Source: Welwitschia mirabilis
Taxonomy: Eukaryota
Length of the DNA stretch: 40,322 nt
Direction: 5' to 3'
Assembly (NCBI GenBank): GCA_051453625.1
Contig: JBOZIK010000001.1
Coordinates: forward strand, 17,200,337-17,240,658
The notes beneath the pieces were generated by a model. That model was not told the DNA's origin, searched no databases, and was given only the letters and a program-made list of their open reading frames with translations. The translations under genes and the position numbers were made by a program. Numbering within the stretch: the first letter of the stretch is position 1; the number at the start of each line of letters is the position of its first letter. Shown here piece by piece: positions 35,117 through 40,322 of this stretch.

Positions 35117-37344
35117 GTTCTTTATTAGCCTACTCCTTTAGCTAAATATTATGATATTACCTAATTATCTTTTAAACTTGACTTGTGTATTATTTTATGA
35201 AGTTTCATGATTAGTTTTATACTTGGGTATTTACAGGTAGTAAGATTGGATTCACCCACTCTTGACACATTCTCAAGTCTATGGACTTCCTTTAAAGGAA
35301 GATGCTTTAGCTTCATGTATTTTTTTCAATGGTGTTAAATTCTTGGGTTGTTTGAGAATGTTCTTTTCTATCTTTTATCTCACTTATTTACCTTCATCTT
35401 TTTTGAGTGTGTAATCATGTGGGAATTTTTTAAAAAGACAAAAAAGATAGAAAGATAATGATCATAAGTTATTCTATTTTGTGATTTAATGAAAATATGT
35501 AATCACCATGATGTTCTACTACATTGGGTTAAATATTTCTAAAAAAAATATTTGGCAATTTTAGTAGCTATAGAAACTCCACTGAGGGATCAGTTAATCA
35601 TGCTTCGTGAGTCCTTACTTCTCTGATAGTGGTTGCACTTCCCTCATCATGGAAAAAGAAATAAACATTAAGGTTAAGGGTCAATGGTATTCCTAGTATC
35701 ATTAGAGGTATTGCTTATTTTTCAAACTCTTAGGATTCCCACTTGCTCATTTTACTTTTAGAGAGTTGGATGAGTTTATGGGATGAAGGTAGGTGAGTTC
35801 ATTTTTAAGTAACTTTTGATTTTGACATTTATTATTTTATACACTTGAAGCTTCGACTATCACCATAACCAATGCCTTTTCAAATGAACTTTATAAAGTT
35901 AATACATTTGATCATGCATATTTAGTTAAGTGATGTTATGATTTTTTCCTTGGAAGTTTGCTAGGTTAGTACTTATGGTAGGTAAACAATCTTCTCCTTG
36001 TTCCTTATGTCCATTCTCTCTTTGTTTTTCTTTGGATTTTTAGTTTAGGGTTTCAAAGTTATTTTTGCATTTTTATTATTCCTTCATATATCCTTAATAA
36101 TTTAGTAGTTTTCTTAGTATTTTATCATGATAAATAATTTTTCTAAAAATGCATTTAAAAATTTTTAAAAGAACATCTTTCCATTTTCGAGTCTTTATGA
36201 GTTCCCTTATAGATTATCAAGTTCTAAGTATATCATGTTTTCAATTTATATTGGTTCATATTCATATAATTTTTTCTTACTAGTTTTAACCTATATAGTT
36301 TTTTTTTTTAGCCATAGTTTTTTTTCCCATGAATGTTTATCCTTTTTCTTTTGGTTTTCCTGGTTTTCTTGATTTTTTGTGTGATTTTCTGTTTTCTATC
36401 TTTTTCTTTTTAGAACTGTTACTTAAATGATCATATTTGAGCCTAACTTTTATGGATGATCTTTTTCTTTCTAAAAAACTCTTTAATGCCCTAACATCCA
36501 CCTTGTCATCTAGATAACACTGGGCAAATGATAGTCTGATTTTTTCTGAGAGTTGTCCTAAGGTTGTTGTCTAGATAATGTGACCAGACAATTGTGAGAT
36601 AACACCATGGTTTAAATTATTTTTCTTTATTTTCTCTTGTTTTATCATAATTTTCATTCATTTATTTAATATAGAATAACTCCTTTAGCTAGCACCAGCA
36701 TTTTGAAGCTTATCCCACTCAATTTCGTTGTCAGATTTAAAAGATTTCATCAGATTTACAAACATGAGGTATGTTTTTCTATCCTTCTATTTTTTACTTT
36801 TTCTCCCATTTTTAGCCTTTTGATACATATTTTTCATATATATCATTTAGGTTTTCCCACTCTTCATTTTGGAACTTACAAATTTGAGTTTCACCACACA
36901 TTTTTCGAGTTATAATCATTTTTGTGTATTACTAGGCATTTTTAGGTTTTCATATTTCGCACTCATTTTCTTGCAAATTGTAAATCATATCATAGTGGTT
37001 CTTTAGGCAAATTGATTAGTTCAACATTTTCTATGACTTTACTAGATTAGATTTTTCATTTGAGCACTTCAAATTTTCACCTCATGGGGGGCCCACTAGA
37101 TAGTCAGTTTTCGCAGTTTTTGTGTTTCTATCCATTTTTCTCTCATGTTTAGATAATTTAGGATGCATTGCATCTTTTAGTAAGGTAGGACATATTTTTA
37201 ACATTTTTTCTAGTTTTTCATCAATTTTAGGGGTTATTATTACGCATCCATGTGATGTTTTATCTTGTCTATCTGTTTTTACATGATAGTTTTGTGTTTT
37301 GATTGAGTAGGTCATGTACACATAGAGCTAGATAGGCTGAGGCT

Positions 37345-38568
37345 ATGGTTGATCCTATAGAGTAGGAGGTAGGCCCTTTAGTTAAGCCTGAGATAGAGCG
37401 TGTAGAGCCTGCACATCCACCACCTTGACATGGATGATCCTTGAGCATTTAGACTATTAGTATCTATGTTATGTGATATTTTAGAGACTTCATACATCAT
37501 ATAGAGCAAGAGGTAGATTAGAGATTAACATATTCATGGTTCTAATGGAGCACAGATGCACATGGTTCTTATTATGCATTAGAGATGAGAGAATTCTATG
37601 ATACCATGCATATAGAAAGGCGACCTGATGCTTATGGTCAGCTTTAGGATATGATTGTTTCTTTTATACAAGACCACAAGATAGATATTCTCCCATCCCA
37701 CATTATAATTATTACAAATCTTAAAGGGCTTAAGAGTAATCATATCCATTTAGCTAGTGGGATAGAAGAGCATCAAGCCTACGATGCCATTTTAAACATC
37801 CTAGTTGACTTGATTACAGATTGATAGGGAGTAAATGTTACTTAGCTGATTCTTGCCTACAGAGTTATACATAGAGGACTGATTTATAACATTAGTCCAT
37901 CACTTTATGACAATCATGCTATAGTAGCACATTTACAGATTCTGGCAGCTTTTTGTCGAAGGGAGCAAATAGAGTTATCCACTTCTATGATAGAAGCATG
38001 ACACTTACAGACACTCTAATATCCATGCCTCCTCTCAACTCTTTTCAAATGATTTGGGATACCAAAGCTCATGGATGAGCAGTGTATCTCTCACATTCAA
38101 ACTTTTACTCACTACCTACAGGACATGGGTATATAGGTGTCAAAAGAGGTAGAAAGAGATTAGGTATAGAGACCTAGAGTTAGAGCTTCCCTAGAGTAAA
38201 TTTAGGCTCTCCTGGATGAGACAACTAAGACCATCATAGGTTTCATTAACACAGGTATCTAGGCACTTGATCAGAGGATCCATACCTTTGAGCAGATAGT
38301 TGAGTAGTGAATCCTATCCATTGAAAGGAAAGAATAGCACATAAAGGATCAGATGATGGGCATGCATTAGCACATTATCTTTATTTAGTAGAGTATGACT
38401 ATAGATATTCCATAGTTAGTTCATGTCCAAGGCAATGAGACAGTCAGATCTAGTGTTATATTTCTAGATGTCTGTCTCCTTGTGGATCTTTGGCATCCTC
38501 CTTTTTTTTCCCTGCTTTTGAGCCAAATTCCGAACCATAGTTCATCATGCATTAGATTAGGTATGTGA
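37345..38568 (+). pseudogene. Athila extra ORF (ORF2/env-like; Transposase_32-like) with coiled-coil C-terminus
   Basis: A single frame from ATG 37345 reads YYALEMREFYDTM...IVSFIQDHKIDILP...YRVIHRGLIYNISP...L*YPCLLSTLFK*FGIP...ALDQRIHTFEQIVE. About 27 stops and no frameshift. True 3' end uncertain (38415-38568). Confidence 0.75.
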
Positions 38569-38881
38569 TTTTTCACTATATTATGTATCTCCCCTTCTAT
38601 ACTTTTTGTACTAAAAACTTTTTTCTGATATTATATAGATATATCATTTTTCTATCATGGTGTATTTACTTCTTTCTAATTTTTACATGATTATCGTTTG
38701 ATTTTTATGATGAGGATTTATTTATACTTAAGCAAATGTTTCATTCTTGGCTATTTATTTTAGTGAAGGCTATTTATTATGNNNNNNNNNNNNNNNNNNN
38801 NNNNNNNNNNNNNNNNNNNNNNNNNNNNNNNNNNNNNNNNNNNNNNNNNNNNNNNNNNNNNNNNNNNNNNNNNNNNNNNNN

Positions 38882-40322
38882 TTACACTGACCATTCTGAC
38901 ATTTATTACCTTATGACCAAAAAATATTCTAGTGCCTATTTGACTAGATGGATCCTTCTTATGTAAGAGTTTAATTTGACCATCATAGATAAATCAACTA
39001 AGCATAATTCTATTGCTGATCATTTATCTCGGCTTCCTTCTTCTCTAAATGATACTATCATTGACGCTTCCTTTCCTGATGAGTAGCTTTTTACTGTCTC
39101 TTCTTCTCATCATCCTCCATGATATGCCAACATTGTGAATTATCTTGTAACCACAAAAAAACCACAACATTGGACCTACAACCAATGTAAATNNNNNNNN
39201 NNTCTTTTCTCCATGGAATAAGTGACTATGAGTGAATTAGGCCACATTTGTATTGTAGGTGCAAAGATCAAATCATGGGAAAATGTATGTCCGATTAGGA
39301 GATACCTAAGATTTTTCATCTTTGTTATGGTTGTGTTTGAGGAGTACATTTTAGTGAAAATAAAAATTCAATGAAAACTATCCATTCTAGGTTTTACTAC
39401 CCTTCTCTTTTTCATGATTTATTTGATTTTGTTAAAAGATATGATCCTTGTCAGTATTATGGTAGCATTGTTTATTTATAGAAAATGCCACTTAGACCTA
39501 TTCTTGAGTGTGAGATTTTTGCTTATTAGGGTATTGATTTCATAGGTCCTACTCATCCATCTTCTTTTAATAAAAATTACATTTTAGTAGCCGTAGATTA
39601 CATGAGTAAATGGGTTGAAGTCATACCTACTTCTTTAAATGATGCCTAAACTATTTATCATTTTCTTAAAACTTATATATTTTAGATATTTTGTTTTCTT
39701 AGAGTATCATGAGTGATTAGCCTACTTATTTCATTAATGTACTTTTTAAGAAACATCTTTTATCAACTAGTATAGAACATAGAGTAGCTTATGCTTATCG
39801 TTCTCAAACTAATGAATAGGCTGAAAATGCAAATAAAGAAATAAAGAAAATGCTCCAAAAAATTGAATCTATTAATAAAAAGTCTTAGGCTTCAAAGCTT
39901 AATAATGTACTTTGGGCTAATCGTACTACTTGGCATACTTCTCTTGTTACCAGTTGATGTGTGTTACAATTCTTATTATGCATCTTATTAACTTAATCTT
40001 ATAGATTTTAATGAAAATATTAAATATATATTAGCCCAATTAGATCATCTTGATGAAAAAGAACTACTACAATACATCATTAATTAATCTATAAAGCCCA
40101 AGTAAAGTTCAAACATAATAAATAGATTTTTTATAAATAGTTTGAGCTTGGTTAACTTATCTTATAATATAATACTAGAGTTCATCTTTTAAATAAAAAG
40201 TTAACCTCTACATAGTTAGGTCCTTATATTATGAGAAAGTGCATCTTAATGGCTTAGTTAATATTTTAGATTTATAAACTAGAGAGATTTAAAAGGTTAA
40301 TGGGAAATGTTGAAATTATATA
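38882..40322 (+). pseudogene. Further family A pol fragment (RNase H end and integrase), runs off the window
   Basis: YTDHSDIYYL..KK.S..YLTRWILLM and GIDFIGPTHPSSF.KNYILVAVDYMSKWVEVIPT; collinear with 33552-35022, with a ~41-bp deletion near 39946. Confidence 0.92.

Larger units (their letters stand above)
27951..38781 (+). mobile_element. Family A Athila-like LTR retrotransposon, near full length; 3' LTR not seen before the gap
   Basis: LTR, PBS, gag, PR, RT, RH, INT, long non-coding region and extra ORF in canonical Athila order. Confidence 0.93.

Noticed and set aside
1..40322. Fungal RIP as the cause of C>T decay
   Set aside because: The elements are Athila-like and the RPL12 fragment has the plant-type KE..KEWKG spacing, so plant methylation-driven deamination is sufficient.
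38882..40322. Tandem duplication of integrase within one element
   Set aside because: It is separated by a 100-N gap and substantially diverged from 33552-35022, so it is better read as a separate copy.

Overview
AT-rich, gapped eukaryotic sequence, almost certainly land-plant heterochromatin. It is made up nearly entirely of nested, heavily decayed retroelements, and I found no intact protein-coding gene, RNA gene or CRISPR array. One Athila-like Ty3/Gypsy family ('A'; LTR ends TGTTG...CAACA, tRNA-Asp-type PBS) is present as about five pieces: 1-1833, a solo LTR at 10713-11918, a minus-strand copy at 11919-19683, a plus-strand copy at 27951-38781, and a pol fragment at 38882-40322. Also present are a second Athila-like family ('B', LTR starting TGAT) in both orientations, a third non-chromovirus pol ('C'), a chromovirus 3' end with a chromodomain, and an L1-type LINE RT fragment. 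The most notable items are a decayed extra ORF behind pol in family A (REFY...YPxLL motifs), recurrent 40-bp nested GTCGTC/GACGAC palindromes in the non-coding parts of family A, an antisense ORF behind the family C pol, a 61-codon fragment of the host ribosomal protein gene RPL12, and a solo LTR with non-matching flanks. Alignments and translations were done by eye, so boundaries are approximate unless a terminal motif is cited. Nothing here demonstrates a new system; the palindrome plus extra-ORF pairing is a hypothesis.
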